Below are positions 36,533 to 45,034 of a stretch of DNA of 64,000 nucleotides, piece after piece (the first letter of the stretch is position 1; every line of letters begins with the position of its first letter). The DNA comes from Candidatus Nanopelagicales bacterium (lineage in GTDB: Bacteria > Actinomycetota > Actinomycetes > S36-B12 > UBA5976). The DNA is taken from NCBI GenBank assembly GCA_041687715.1, contig JBDNJO010000001.1, forward strand, positions 6-64,005. Reading direction: 5' to 3'. A program made the position numbers and the translations under genes. The notes below the pieces were generated by a model. The model was not told the DNA's origin. It saw only the letters and a list, made by a program, of their open reading frames with translations, and ran no database searches.

Positions 36533-37135
36533 GTGTACGCGATCGTTCGTGCTGGTGGCCGCCAGGAGAAAGTTGCCGTTGGCGACCTAATTACCCTTGA
36601 CCGTGTTCAAGCTAAACGCGGTGAGACTGTGGTTCTTCCAACAGTTTTGATCGTTGATGGCAGCAAAGTAAATGCAGACGCCAAGGGCGTTACCGTTACT
36701 GCTGAAGTTATTGACCATAACCGCGGACCAAAAATCGAAATCCTTCGATACAAGAACAAAACTGGTTACCGTCGTCGTCAAGGACACCGCTCAGATTTAA
36801 CTGAAGTTCAAATTATTTCAATTGGTAGCGAAAAGATTGCTGCTGGCGATAAAGCAACTGCGAAAGTTAAGCCAGTAGTTGCAAAGAAAGCAGCTCCTGT
36901 TAAAAAAGCTGCTCCTGCCGCAAAGCCAGCTCCAGTTGTCGCTGAGAAGCCAGTTGCCAAGAAAGCTGCTGCTCCAGTTGCGAAGAAAGCTGCAACTCCA
37001 GTTGCCAAGAAAGCTGCTGCTCCAGTTGCGAAGAAAGCTGCAACTCCCGCTAAAAAAGCTGCTCCAGCAAAGAAGGCTGCCGCCAAGAAAGCAACTCCCG
37101 CTAAAAAAGCTGCTCCAAAGAAAACAGAGAAGTAG
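36533..37135 (+). CDS. rplU: 50S ribosomal protein L21 with a C-terminal AKKA-repeat extension of about 100 aa
   Basis: The MYAIVRAGGRQEKVAVGD core spans about 100 aa. The tail is made almost only of A/K/P/V/T (VAKKAAAPVAKKAATP...). GTG start after AAGGAG. Confidence 0.9.
   Translation: MYAIVRAGGRQEKVAVGDLITLDRVQAKRGETVVLPTVLIVDGSKVNADAKGVTVTAEVIDHNRGPKIEILRYKNKTGYRRRQGHRSDLTEVQIISIGSEKIAAGDKATAKVKPVVAKKAAPVKKAAPAAKPAPVVAEKPVAKKAAAPVAKKAATPVAKKAAAPVAKKAATPAKKAAPAKKAAAKKATPAKKAAPKKTEK
36953..37048 (+). repeat. Tandem 48-bp duplication inside the rplU tail (47/48 identical), built from 24-bp sub-repeats
   Basis: GTTGCCAAGAAAGCTGCTGCTCCAGTTGCGAAGAAAGCTGCAACTCC[A/C] occurs at 36953-37000 and 37001-37048. 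Confidence 0.9.
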
Positions 37136-37144
37136 GTATAACTC

Positions 37145-37411
37145 ATGGCTCATAAAAAGGGTGCCTCCAGTACCAGAAACGGTCGCGATTCAAACGCCCA
37201 GCGTTTGGGTGTTAAGCGTTTCGGTGGCCAGGTAGTTAATGCTGGCGAAATCATTGTTCGTCAACGTGGAACACACTTTCACCCAGGTGAGAATGTAGGT
37301 CGCGGTGGAGATGACACATTATTCGCACTTGCTCCAGGAGCTGTACAGTTCGGCAACCGTCGTGGTCGTCGCGTTATCAACATCATCCCGGTTGTAGCTG
37401 CAGCTAATTAA
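37145..37411 (+). CDS. rpmA: 50S ribosomal protein L27
   Basis: [29 protein letters not shown] is the canonical L27 N-terminus. Confidence 0.95.
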   Translation: MAHKKGASSTRNGRDSNAQRLGVKRFGGQVVNAGEIIVRQRGTHFHPGENVGRGGDDTLFALAPGAVQFGNRRGRRVINIIPVVAAAN

Positions 37412-37434
37412 TCCCGCAAGAATTTTTTAGTTAG

Positions 37435-37463
37435 GCGGGCCCGCTCGGGCCCGCTTTTCTTTT
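37435..37463 (+). terminator. Rho-independent terminator or attenuator between rpmA and obg
   Basis: GCGGGCCC-GCTC-GGGCCCGC is a perfect 8-bp GC stem with a 4-nt loop, followed by TTTTCTTTT. Confidence 0.6.
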
Positions 37464-37476
37464 GAAAGGAGAAATC

Positions 37477-39015
37477 ATGACATCGTTTATCGATCAAGTG
37501 ACTCTCCACGTATCAGGCGGCAACGGTGGACATGGTTGCGCTTCAGTACATCGCGAAAAATTTAAACCATTAGGTGGACCTGATGGTGGCAATGGTGGCA
37601 ATGGTGGCGACGTAGTCCTAGTTGTAGATCCATCTGTTACAACACTTCTGGATTTTCATCGCAGTCCACATCGTAGTGCTGGAAGCGGAAAACCTGGACA
37701 TGGTGATCACCGCAATGGGGCATTTGGCGAAGCTTTAGAACTTAGTGTTCCTGAAGGTACCGTTGTCTCGTTAGCTGACGGCACAGTTTTAACAGACATG
37801 CTTGGAATTGGAACCCGGTTTGTGATTGCTCAGGGTGGTCGCGGGGGACTTGGTAATGCATCGCTTGCCTCAACAAAAAGAAAAGCACCTGGCTTTGCAT
37901 TACTAGGCGAAAAAGGAATTACTCGCGACGTAGTTTTAGAACTTAAAACTGTTGCTGATGTCGGCCTAGTTGGATATCCAAGTGCTGGGAAGTCTTCTTT
38001 GATTGCTGCCATGTCTGCAGCGCGTCCAAAAATTGCGGACTATCCATTCACAACTTTGGAACCGAATCTAGGTGTCGTTCGCTCTGGTGAAATGGTGTTC
38101 ACAATGGCTGATGTGCCAGGCCTAATCCCAGGTGCGAGTGAAGGTAAGGGTTTAGGACTTGAATTCCTTCGCCACATTGAAAGATGTGCGGCGCTGGTTC
38201 ACGTTTTAGATTGCGCAACATTAGAACCTAATCGCGATCCACTTACAGATCTAGACGTCATTGAAAATGAACTTAAGCAATATGGTGGCTTAGAAGATCG
38301 ACCACGAGTTGTCGTTTTAAACAAAATCGATATTCCAGAGGGCCGAGAGCTTGCTGAATTCGTGTTACCTGATCTACATGAACGTGGGTACCAAACATTC
38401 TTGGTATCAGCAGTGAGCCATGAAGGTTTGCGTGAATTGGGATTTGCGTTAGCAGAGATCGTTAAGTTGTCGAGAGCTGAGGCTATTACTGCTGCAGAGA
38501 ATCGACCACGCGTAATTGTGACTCCAAAGTCAGTAGATGACAGTGGATTTAGCGTCGAAGTAGAGCGCGCTGGCGCGGATGAAGTTCGATACCGAGTACG
38601 CGGCGAGCGGCCCGAGCGCTGGATTCATCAAACTGATTTTGCAAATGATGAAGCTGTTGGTTATTTAGCTGATCGATTGGCTCGCGCTGGTATTGAAATT
38701 GAATTATCAAAAGCTGGCGCAGTTGCGGGCGATGAAGTTGTAATCGGTGATGGCCCAAGCGCAGTTGTTTTTGATTGGGCTCCAACAGTTGGCGATTTAC
38801 ATCAAGGTCCACGTGGTACAGATCAGCGACTTTACGATAAGCGGCGATTGACTGCGGAAGAGCGACTTGCGATCCATCGGATACGTCAGTTTGGTACGGG
38901 CGAATTTAGTGAAACAACTTCTCAGGTCGCGCAGGATGAAGAGCCACTAATTTCTGCGCCACTAGTTTTTGCGGATTACATTCCTGAATCTGATGATGAA
39001 ATAGATGAAGGCTAG
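37477..39015 (+). CDS. obg: GTPase Obg/CgtA
   Basis: Glycine-rich Obg fold ([10 protein letters not shown]...[14 protein letters not shown]), G1 motif GYPSAGKSS and a C-terminal Obg extension domain. Start at ATG 37477 after AAGGAG. Confidence 0.9.
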   Translation: MTSFIDQVTLHVSGGNGGHGCASVHREKFKPLGGPDGGNGGNGGDVVLVVDPSVTTLLDFHRSPHRSAGSGKPGHGDHRNGAFGEALELSVPEGTVVSLADGTVLTDMLGIGTRFVIAQGGRGGLGNASLASTKRKAPGFALLGEKGITRDVVLELKTVADVGLVGYPSAGKSSLIAAMSAARPKIADYPFTTLEPNLGVVRSGEMVFTMADVPGLIPGASEGKGLGLEFLRHIERCAALVHVLDCATLEPNRDPLTDLDVIENELKQYGGLEDRPRVVVLNKIDIPEGRELAEFVLPDLHERGYQTFLVSAVSHEGLRELGFALAEIVKLSRAEAITAAENRPRVIVTPKSVDDSGFSVEVERAGADEVRYRVRGERPERWIHQTDFANDEAVGYLADRLARAGIEIELSKAGAVAGDEVVIGDGPSAVVFDWAPTVGDLHQGPRGTDQRLYDKRRLTAEERLAIHRIRQFGTGEFSETTSQVAQDEEPLISAPLVFADYIPESDDEIDEG

Positions 39016-40124
39016 TTAGGCAGTTGCCACTGCGGTGTGGACTGTGTCCCACCCATTGCTAATTCGGCCGTAATCTTTCCAATAGTTGGAACGAACTTAA
39101 AGCCGTGGCCAGAACAAGGCGAACAAATGGTGATTGGACCGCGCCGATCTAAAATAAAATCTTCTTGCGGGGTATTTGTAAATAGGCATGTTGTTGCAAC
39201 TGCGGTTGCCAGATCCAAGCCTGGAAACCAATGTGAGACGTACTCCTTCATTTCACCAAGATGCTTTTGACTAATAGCAAAATCTCTATTGTCAGGATCA
39301 ATTTCAGCGCGATCACTCCACGTGCCAACTTTCACGCCTTCACCTGGTGTGTAAAGTCCATAGGCGCTGGCTTCAAGTGGTGAGCCACCTCGACCATTTG
39401 CGCCGTGATGTAGAAAGCTTGGCCACAGTGACTCATCTTGCATGGTTGCGATTGGTTGAAAATGTGCAGGTTGGCCAACATCAACAATTAGTTTTGGCAA
39501 GTTAACTAGGTGTCCCACAAGTTTATTAACCCAGCCACCAGCAGCAACGACCAGCGAAGGTGTTCGCCAAGTTTGGGTCTGCGTTTCGATGATGGCGTGA
39601 TCGCCATCAAGGTGAACTGCAAGAACTGGTGTATTTAAATGAACATCTACGCCTAAATCCATATTGCGTTGAATCAAAGTTGAAACAGTTTTATCCGCTA
39701 AGCAGCGCCCACCTTCAGGGCTATAGATTACGTGATCTTCGAAGTTCATGCCTGGCCATCTAGCATGTGCCTCATCACCATCCATTCGCTCGTATGGATG
39801 GTGATAGCGATCTAAGCTGATGCCGATTTCGTCAATAGCTTCTTTGTAACCATGATCAAGTTGGCCATTTTGCTTAAGTAAGTTAGCGCCAGTGTCAGAT
39901 TCTAATTCTCGCCAATCAAATAATGCTCGAGCAGCTAAGTCGGTATAAAGCGGAGTTCGGTAGGAGAGTCGAAAAATTCGACTTCCACCATGCGAGCTTC
40001 CGTTGTTATGCGCGACGCCAAATTGTTCCAGTAGTGCGACGCTTCGGCCAGTGTGCGCAAGCTGCCATGCGGTGGCGCTTCCCATTGCGCCAGCGCCGAT
40101 AACAAGATGGTCAATAGTCTGCAA
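39012..40124 (-). CDS. FAD-dependent N-methyl amino acid oxidase (monomeric sarcosine oxidase / MTOX family)
   Basis: [14 protein letters not shown] dinucleotide fold, the [14 protein letters not shown] covalent-FAD Cys context and SGHGFKF. TTG start. Confidence 0.7.
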   Translation of the reverse strand: MQTIDHLVIGAGAMGSATAWQLAHTGRSVALLEQFGVAHNNGSSHGGSRIFRLSYRTPLYTDLAARALFDWRELESDTGANLLKQNGQLDHGYKEAIDEIGISLDRYHHPYERMDGDEAHARWPGMNFEDHVIYSPEGGRCLADKTVSTLIQRNMDLGVDVHLNTPVLAVHLDGDHAIIETQTQTWRTPSLVVAAGGWVNKLVGHLVNLPKLIVDVGQPAHFQPIATMQDESLWPSFLHHGANGRGGSPLEASAYGLYTPGEGVKVGTWSDRAEIDPDNRDFAISQKHLGEMKEYVSHWFPGLDLATAVATTCLFTNTPQEDFILDRRGPITICSPCSGHGFKFVPTIGKITAELAMGGTQSTPQWQLPN

Positions 40125-40185
40125 GACAACGGTCCTTCAAATAGCAGGGAATAGCACCACACTAGTTGCAAGTATTCTTGAGGGT

Positions 40186-40752
40186 ATGAGAGTTGGAATA
40201 TTGGGCGGGACTTTTGACCCCATTCATGTGGGACACCTCATCGCTGCAAGCTCAGTTCACGAAGAACTCAATCTGGATTCGCTTGTGTTCATGCCTGCAG
40301 GGGATCCGTGGCAAAAACGTGAGCGGAAAATCAGCTCAGCGCAGCAACGACTGGATATGGTCACTCTTGCTATTCAAGATGATGCAAGATTCCAGGTAAG
40401 TGATATTGAAATCACCCGAAGTGGTCCAACTTATGCCATCGATTCAGTGCGCCAGTGGAAGCAAGCGAATCCCAAAGATGAATTATTTTGGGTGGTTGGC
40501 TCAGATGCCTTAGCCGGTATTTCAACTTGGCACGAATGGAAAGCGTTTGTTGCGCAGGTCAGTGTGGTTGCAGTAAATCGAATTGGGCACGACGTAAATG
40601 TGCCATTTGAATGTCTATCTGTAAACATGCCCGAAGTTAGAATTTCTGCAACTCAGTTACGCGATCGTTTTACAAATGGCCTTGATACCAGGTATTTAGT
40701 ACCACAGTCAGTTAGCGACTACATTTCCAAACATGGCCTGTATCGCGCGTGA
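40186..40752 (+). CDS. nadD: Nicotinate-nucleotide adenylyltransferase
   Basis: MRVGILGGTFDPIHVGHL and the ISATQLR motif. The start was moved from 40003 to ATG 40186. Confidence 0.9.
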   Translation: MRVGILGGTFDPIHVGHLIAASSVHEELNLDSLVFMPAGDPWQKRERKISSAQQRLDMVTLAIQDDARFQVSDIEITRSGPTYAIDSVRQWKQANPKDELFWVVGSDALAGISTWHEWKAFVAQVSVVAVNRIGHDVNVPFECLSVNMPEVRISATQLRDRFTNGLDTRYLVPQSVSDYISKHGLYRA

Positions 40753-41549
40753 ATCGAATCCCCACTTTTCTTAAGTGGCTCACCAGCTCGCTTGTTGCAA
40801 TTGCACTGTTAACAGGTGTCTTTGTTATTCGCGGGGATGGGCAAGCTGTTCCGCTGCCAGAACAGGTGAGCGCTGCGCCAGAAGCAACGCAAGAAGCGCC
40901 AGAGCCAGCTATTGAAATTAGTAATCTTATGTTTGCGCTGATTGACTCTGATCAAAAAATTGTTTCAGTAACTGTGATCCGTCAATTAGATGATGGAGCA
41001 AAACTTGCCATCGTAAACATTGATCCAGCAACTTTGATTGTGCCACCAGGGCAAGGTTTTGTTCCAATAAGCGATGCCGGATTGCAGGGCTCCTTTGACG
41101 GTGTCGACAAAGCCATCTCAGGAGCACTTGGCATTCCAATTGATGGCTCCATCTATTTGCAGCGGCTGGCCTACGCCGGACTGGTTGATAGCATCGGCGG
41201 AATTACCGTTGGTTCCGAGAACCTTTACCGAGTTAGTGAGCCTGGGGAAGTACCTCGGTATGTTCGCGCTGGAACAGCATTACTTGAAGGAAGCGAAGCA
41301 GCAGGATATGCAATGTTGCAAACTGAATTTGAATCAACGGATGAATTTATGGCTAGAGGCAATCAAGTGTTACGCGCAGTGTTTGAAAACTTAGAAGGTG
41401 ATCAAGAGCGAGTTGATGAGATTTTTTCAGCGCTTGGGTCAATAGCTCGCTCAAATGTTCCAACCTCGAGCATTGCGCAATTGATCATAGAGTTACGCGC
41501 TGCAAATCTTTGGCCAAGTGCTGACATTTCCCGCTTACCCATTAATTAA
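40749..41549 (+). CDS. Membrane-anchored LCP (LytR-CpsA-Psr)-like protein, divergent
   Basis: N-terminal TM anchor, followed by weak LCP-like segments (GIPIDGSIYLQRLAYAGLVDSIGGITV). It occupies the nadD-rsfS slot where LCP/LytR_C proteins sit in other Actinobacteria. GTGA overlap with nadD. Confidence 0.4.
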   Translation: MNRIPTFLKWLTSSLVAIALLTGVFVIRGDGQAVPLPEQVSAAPEATQEAPEPAIEISNLMFALIDSDQKIVSVTVIRQLDDGAKLAIVNIDPATLIVPPGQGFVPISDAGLQGSFDGVDKAISGALGIPIDGSIYLQRLAYAGLVDSIGGITVGSENLYRVSEPGEVPRYVRAGTALLEGSEAAGYAMLQTEFESTDEFMARGNQVLRAVFENLEGDQERVDEIFSALGSIARSNVPTSSIAQLIIELRAANLWPSADISRLPIN

Positions 41550-41575
41550 GTAGTCTTATCTAGATCAACTAGAAA

Positions 41576-41947
41576 GTGTGGAATTTTGTGGCTGCAACTG
41601 AACATGCATTAAAGATTGCAAAGATCGCAGCACAAGCGGCTTTCGATAAAAAAGCAGAGAACGTCGTGCTTCTCGACGTCAGTGAACACCTTGTTATTAC
41701 TGACGTGTTCTTGATTGCTTCAGCTGATAACGAGCGCCAAGTTAAGGCCATTATTGATGCGATTGAAGAGACCTTGAGCGCAATTGGCGTGGAGCCAATC
41801 CGCCGAGAAGGTGACCGTGAAGGTCGATGGGTACTACTTGATTACTTCGAAATCGTGGTCCATGTACAGCAAGATGAAGAGCGCAGTCTTTATGACCTAG
41901 AGCGGTTATGGAGTGATTGTCCAAAAATCGCGATGGAATTGGTATGA
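41576..41947 (+). CDS. rsfS: Ribosome silencing factor RsfS
   Basis: AENVVLLDVSEHLVITDVFLIASADNERQVKAI is the RsfS signature. An alternative GTG start lies at 41588. Confidence 0.85.
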   Translation: MWNFVAATEHALKIAKIAAQAAFDKKAENVVLLDVSEHLVITDVFLIASADNERQVKAIIDAIEETLSAIGVEPIRREGDREGRWVLLDYFEIVVHVQQDEERSLYDLERLWSDCPKIAMELV

Positions 41948-42603
41948 GTTCTCGTCGCTTAGTTCTTTGGCGTCATGGCCAGACTTTGTGGAATGCAGAG
42001 AATCGCCATCAAGGACAAATTGATATTCCATTAAACGATGTTGGCCGGGAACAAGCGCGACATGCGGCGCAAACTTTACTTGCCATGAAGCCAACACATG
42101 TAATTGCAAGTGACTTAGAACGCGCGCTAGAAACTGGTCAGATCCTGGCTGACTTAGCTGGCGTTACATTGAGTACCGATGAACGCCTGCGCGAAACTTT
42201 TGCTGGTGAATGGCAAGGTATGACGCGCGAAGAAATCGTTGCTAAGTATCCAGAAGATTATGCAGCTTGGGGCGGGGACTCGGAGATCCGTCCAGGTGGC
42301 GGGGAAACTCGCTGGGAAGTTTCCGAACGTGTGGTTGCAGCAGTAAATGATGCACTCGTTAACATTCCCGCTGGTGGAACATTAGTAGTTGCATCACACG
42401 GTGGTGCGCTTCGCTCAGCTCTTGGACGACTGCTTGGTTTAGATCCTCGGCAGTGGACAATTCTTGGGGTGCTTGCAAATGCGCAGTGGTCAGTATTATC
42501 TGAACTTGATGAAAACATGCCAAAGTTGCCGGACCTAAAATGGCGCTTGCAAGAATACAACGCAGGATCCTTACCTGAACCTGCCATTGGTGACGATAAG
42601 TAA
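41944..42603 (+). CDS. Histidine phosphatase family protein (phosphoglycerate-mutase-like; Rv2419c/GpgP position)
   Basis: LVLWRHGQTLWN is the RHG motif, and ASHGGALR is present. ATGA overlap with rsfS. The start was moved from 41917. Confidence 0.75.
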   Translation: MSSRRLVLWRHGQTLWNAENRHQGQIDIPLNDVGREQARHAAQTLLAMKPTHVIASDLERALETGQILADLAGVTLSTDERLRETFAGEWQGMTREEIVAKYPEDYAAWGGDSEIRPGGGETRWEVSERVVAAVNDALVNIPAGGTLVVASHGGALRSALGRLLGLDPRQWTILGVLANAQWSVLSELDENMPKLPDLKWRLQEYNAGSLPEPAIGDDK

Positions 42604-42627
42604 AGTCCACTAACATTGACTAGGTTC

Positions 42628-42743
<116 letters not shown>

Positions 42744-42890
42744 TGCTGAGCCCACGGATTCGGGAGGAACGTAGTGACGGTTCCCTCACAGCTTCGCGAG
42801 CAGCACCAGTAAAAACCTTCTTCGTTAAAACGCTCTGTTCGCGTCCCCAATTTAAGTTTGCCGATCCTGCGGATCAGCATGAAATCTGGG

Positions 42891-43017
42891 GACCGACGCT
42901 CACTCCGTAGTTTTTCCGCAGAAGTTTTTACCGACGCTCTCACGCACAGACCGACGCTCAGTCCGTAGATTTTCCGCAGAAGTTTTTACCAGCGCTCCCA
43001 CGCACAGACCGACGCTA
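42891..43017. repeat. Tandem repeat with 58-bp unit, 2.2 copies, containing 5 iterated ACCGACGCT boxes
   Basis: The units at 42891-42948 and 42949-43006 are about 90% identical, and a partial third unit spans 43007-43017. Boxes start at 42892, 42930, 42950, 42988 (degenerate) and 43008, giving alternating 38/20-bp spacing. Confidence 0.9.
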
Positions 43018-43018
43018 A

Positions 43019-44068
43019 TTACCATATGTCGCCGAGCGTGTATCCAGTTTGGAATGGATCAGTTGGATCTATTTCCCAGGTCGCCGTGCCAGTAACCCAA
43101 GCACTTCCACGAATCGTCGGCGTGACTGCGTCGTACTGGCCAAGTTTTATTGGATCGGAAACTTGCCCAAAGAATTTTGTACCTAGGAAACTCATGTGGG
43201 AAAACTCTTCACCTAACGCAAGTTGTCCTCGTGTATAAAGTCCAGACATTCGACCAGAAGTGCCAGTGCCACAGGGAGAACGATCTAACATTCCTTTCCA
43301 AGTTTCTGGATCAGCAGTCAAATTGTCACCGGTTAAGACCGCAGAATTTTGTGCTTGTTTTCCTGGTTCGCGATCGCCATTGTGAAGAATCACAATTCCC
43401 ACTTTGTTGATTGCTGGATTTTCAGGATGTTCAAATGTCAACTGTTGATTAACGGCAAACTTGATCGCAGCGCCAGCCCGAGTAATCGCTTTTGCATTCT
43501 CCGGCTTAATTTCTAAGCCAACGTTTCCAATGTTGGTTTGGGCAAAGAATTGACCACCGAACACTAAGTCAATGGGAATCGGTCCGTATTCGGGAACGTC
43601 CACAACTTTGTCTATATAGACAGTGAATGCAGGCACGTTACGAATTGAAACGTCAAGTACTTTCCCAGCTTTACAGCGAGCAAGAACTGAAATTGTGCCA
43701 ACTGCGGTATCAATGGTGACAGTCGTTTCTGGCTCTTGCATTTTTACAATGCCTTTTTCAAGCACAGCCGTGACAGCGCACATAGTGTTACTGCCAGACA
43801 TGGCGGTAAAGCCACCTTGCTCAAGCACGATGATTCCAAAATCTGATCCAGTTGAAACAGGAGGCAAAATAAATACTGCACATAAGGCTGGGTAACCACG
43901 TGGCTCATGCAAAATTGCATGTCTAAACCAATCTAGATTTGCTTCACAATAATCAAAACGTTCTTTCATGGTCTCACCTTTTACAAGGTGCGCCATGTTC
44001 GTAATTACTCGACCACCCTCACCCTCAGCGTGAGCATCGATAGTTTCAATGATTAGTTTCTCAGCCAT
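43019..44068 (-). CDS. Proline racemase superfamily enzyme with a Ser/Cys catalytic pair (specificity unknown)
   Basis: 349 aa. The first catalytic motif reads FTAMSGSNTM, with Ser where racemases/epimerases have the Cys of MCGH. The second motif, DRSPCGTGTSGRMS, retains Cys. Confidence 0.8.
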   Translation of the reverse strand: MAEKLIIETIDAHAEGEGGRVITNMAHLVKGETMKERFDYCEANLDWFRHAILHEPRGYPALCAVFILPPVSTGSDFGIIVLEQGGFTAMSGSNTMCAVTAVLEKGIVKMQEPETTVTIDTAVGTISVLARCKAGKVLDVSIRNVPAFTVYIDKVVDVPEYGPIPIDLVFGGQFFAQTNIGNVGLEIKPENAKAITRAGAAIKFAVNQQLTFEHPENPAINKVGIVILHNGDREPGKQAQNSAVLTGDNLTADPETWKGMLDRSPCGTGTSGRMSGLYTRGQLALGEEFSHMSFLGTKFFGQVSDPIKLGQYDAVTPTIRGSAWVTGTATWEIDPTDPFQTGYTLGDIW

Positions 44069-44102
44069 AGTTAAGCCGTCCTTATCCAGTTCTAATCAGT
44101 TG

Positions 44103-44402
44103 TTAAACGATTTCGTTTTCAGTTACAAAAATCCGCTGTCGATCAGCTAAGTGAGCAATGGAATCTGCAGCGACTGCCTTACCAATATCAGATTCGTAAG
44201 CTGCATCAAAGGCTTCTTTTGAATCAAACCAAAGTTCAGAGATGCCATCAAATGAACTGCCATCAGCTGCCAAGTTAAATACTATTTTGCGAACGCCTGG
44301 CAGAGTTGCGGCCTTTTTCGAATGGTCAACTAGCCACCAAGTTTTGAAATCTTCATGGCTCATCGTTTCGCCACGTTTTAACAAAATAATCGCTTTAAAC
44401 AT
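44103..44402 (-). CDS. EthD-domain protein (99 aa)
   Basis: MFKAIILLKRGETMSHEDFKTWW...PGVRKIVFN fits the EthD / dimeric alpha-beta barrel family. Confidence 0.75.
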   Translation of the reverse strand: MFKAIILLKRGETMSHEDFKTWWLVDHSKKAATLPGVRKIVFNLAADGSSFDGISELWFDSKEAFDAAYESDIGKAVAADSIAHLADRQRIFVTENEIV

Positions 44403-44963
44403 TTACTTCACCTTCGTTACACGAGCGTGTGGTCGGCCACCGACTGAATAAACAATGGCAATCACCATCTCATCGGCACGCGGAGCATCACCAATTGAAA
44501 TCTCTGCCGAGTCCATGTCATCAAATACCCAGCGATCATCCTTGTTTCCGATTGGCATTGTGATTGAAGCGCCTGGTCCAGCAACCTTTTTAGTACCAGG
44601 AATTATGTCTGCGCCACCACCGATTGCGGCTCGTACTGAAGCGCCAAACCGAGGATGCAAAACGGCTGCAGTATGTTCAAGTTCGCCGTCGGTGCCCACA
44701 ATTGCGCCCTTGCCATAACCGCGAACATCATCTGGATTCAATCCGAGCGCGCCTATTGCTGCGATTGCCCGCTTTGCTAAAACGTCAGTAACTTCGATAC
44801 TCATTAGTTCGAGTTCAGTTAAATCCTTAACTAATTGCTTGCCAGCTAGGGGATTGGTAACCACGGCGGCAGCGATAACTTTCACTGTGGCAGGCGTTAC
44901 CGCAGTGCCACTTTCCCGGAGGGTTTCTTGGACAGATACAACGATGGATCGGATTTGCGCCAT
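44403..44963 (-). CDS. 'Amino acid synthesis' family protein (DUF1185), function unknown
   Basis: 186 aa. GKGAIVGTDGELEHTAAVLHP, PGASITMPIGNKDD and GGRPHARV match my recollection of the family. Its stop codon directly abuts the EthD start codon. Confidence 0.75.
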   Translation of the reverse strand: MAQIRSIVVSVQETLRESGTAVTPATVKVIAAAVVTNPLAGKQLVKDLTELELMSIEVTDVLAKRAIAAIGALGLNPDDVRGYGKGAIVGTDGELEHTAAVLHPRFGASVRAAIGGGADIIPGTKKVAGPGASITMPIGNKDDRWVFDDMDSAEISIGDAPRADEMVIAIVYSVGGRPHARVTKVK

Positions 44964-45034
44964 ACTGCAACCTACAACACGCTCGGGTCAATCCGTCCAC
45001 TAGATTAGGGAAATACCGCTACAAGGAGACCTTA

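Noticed and set aside
36808-37235. 111-118-aa ORFs on both strands over the rplU tail
   Set aside because: They are a product of the GCN/AAR-rich AKKA repeat, since GCTGCT/AAGAAA reads open in other frames. The rplU frame is supported by its N-terminal core and proper RBS.
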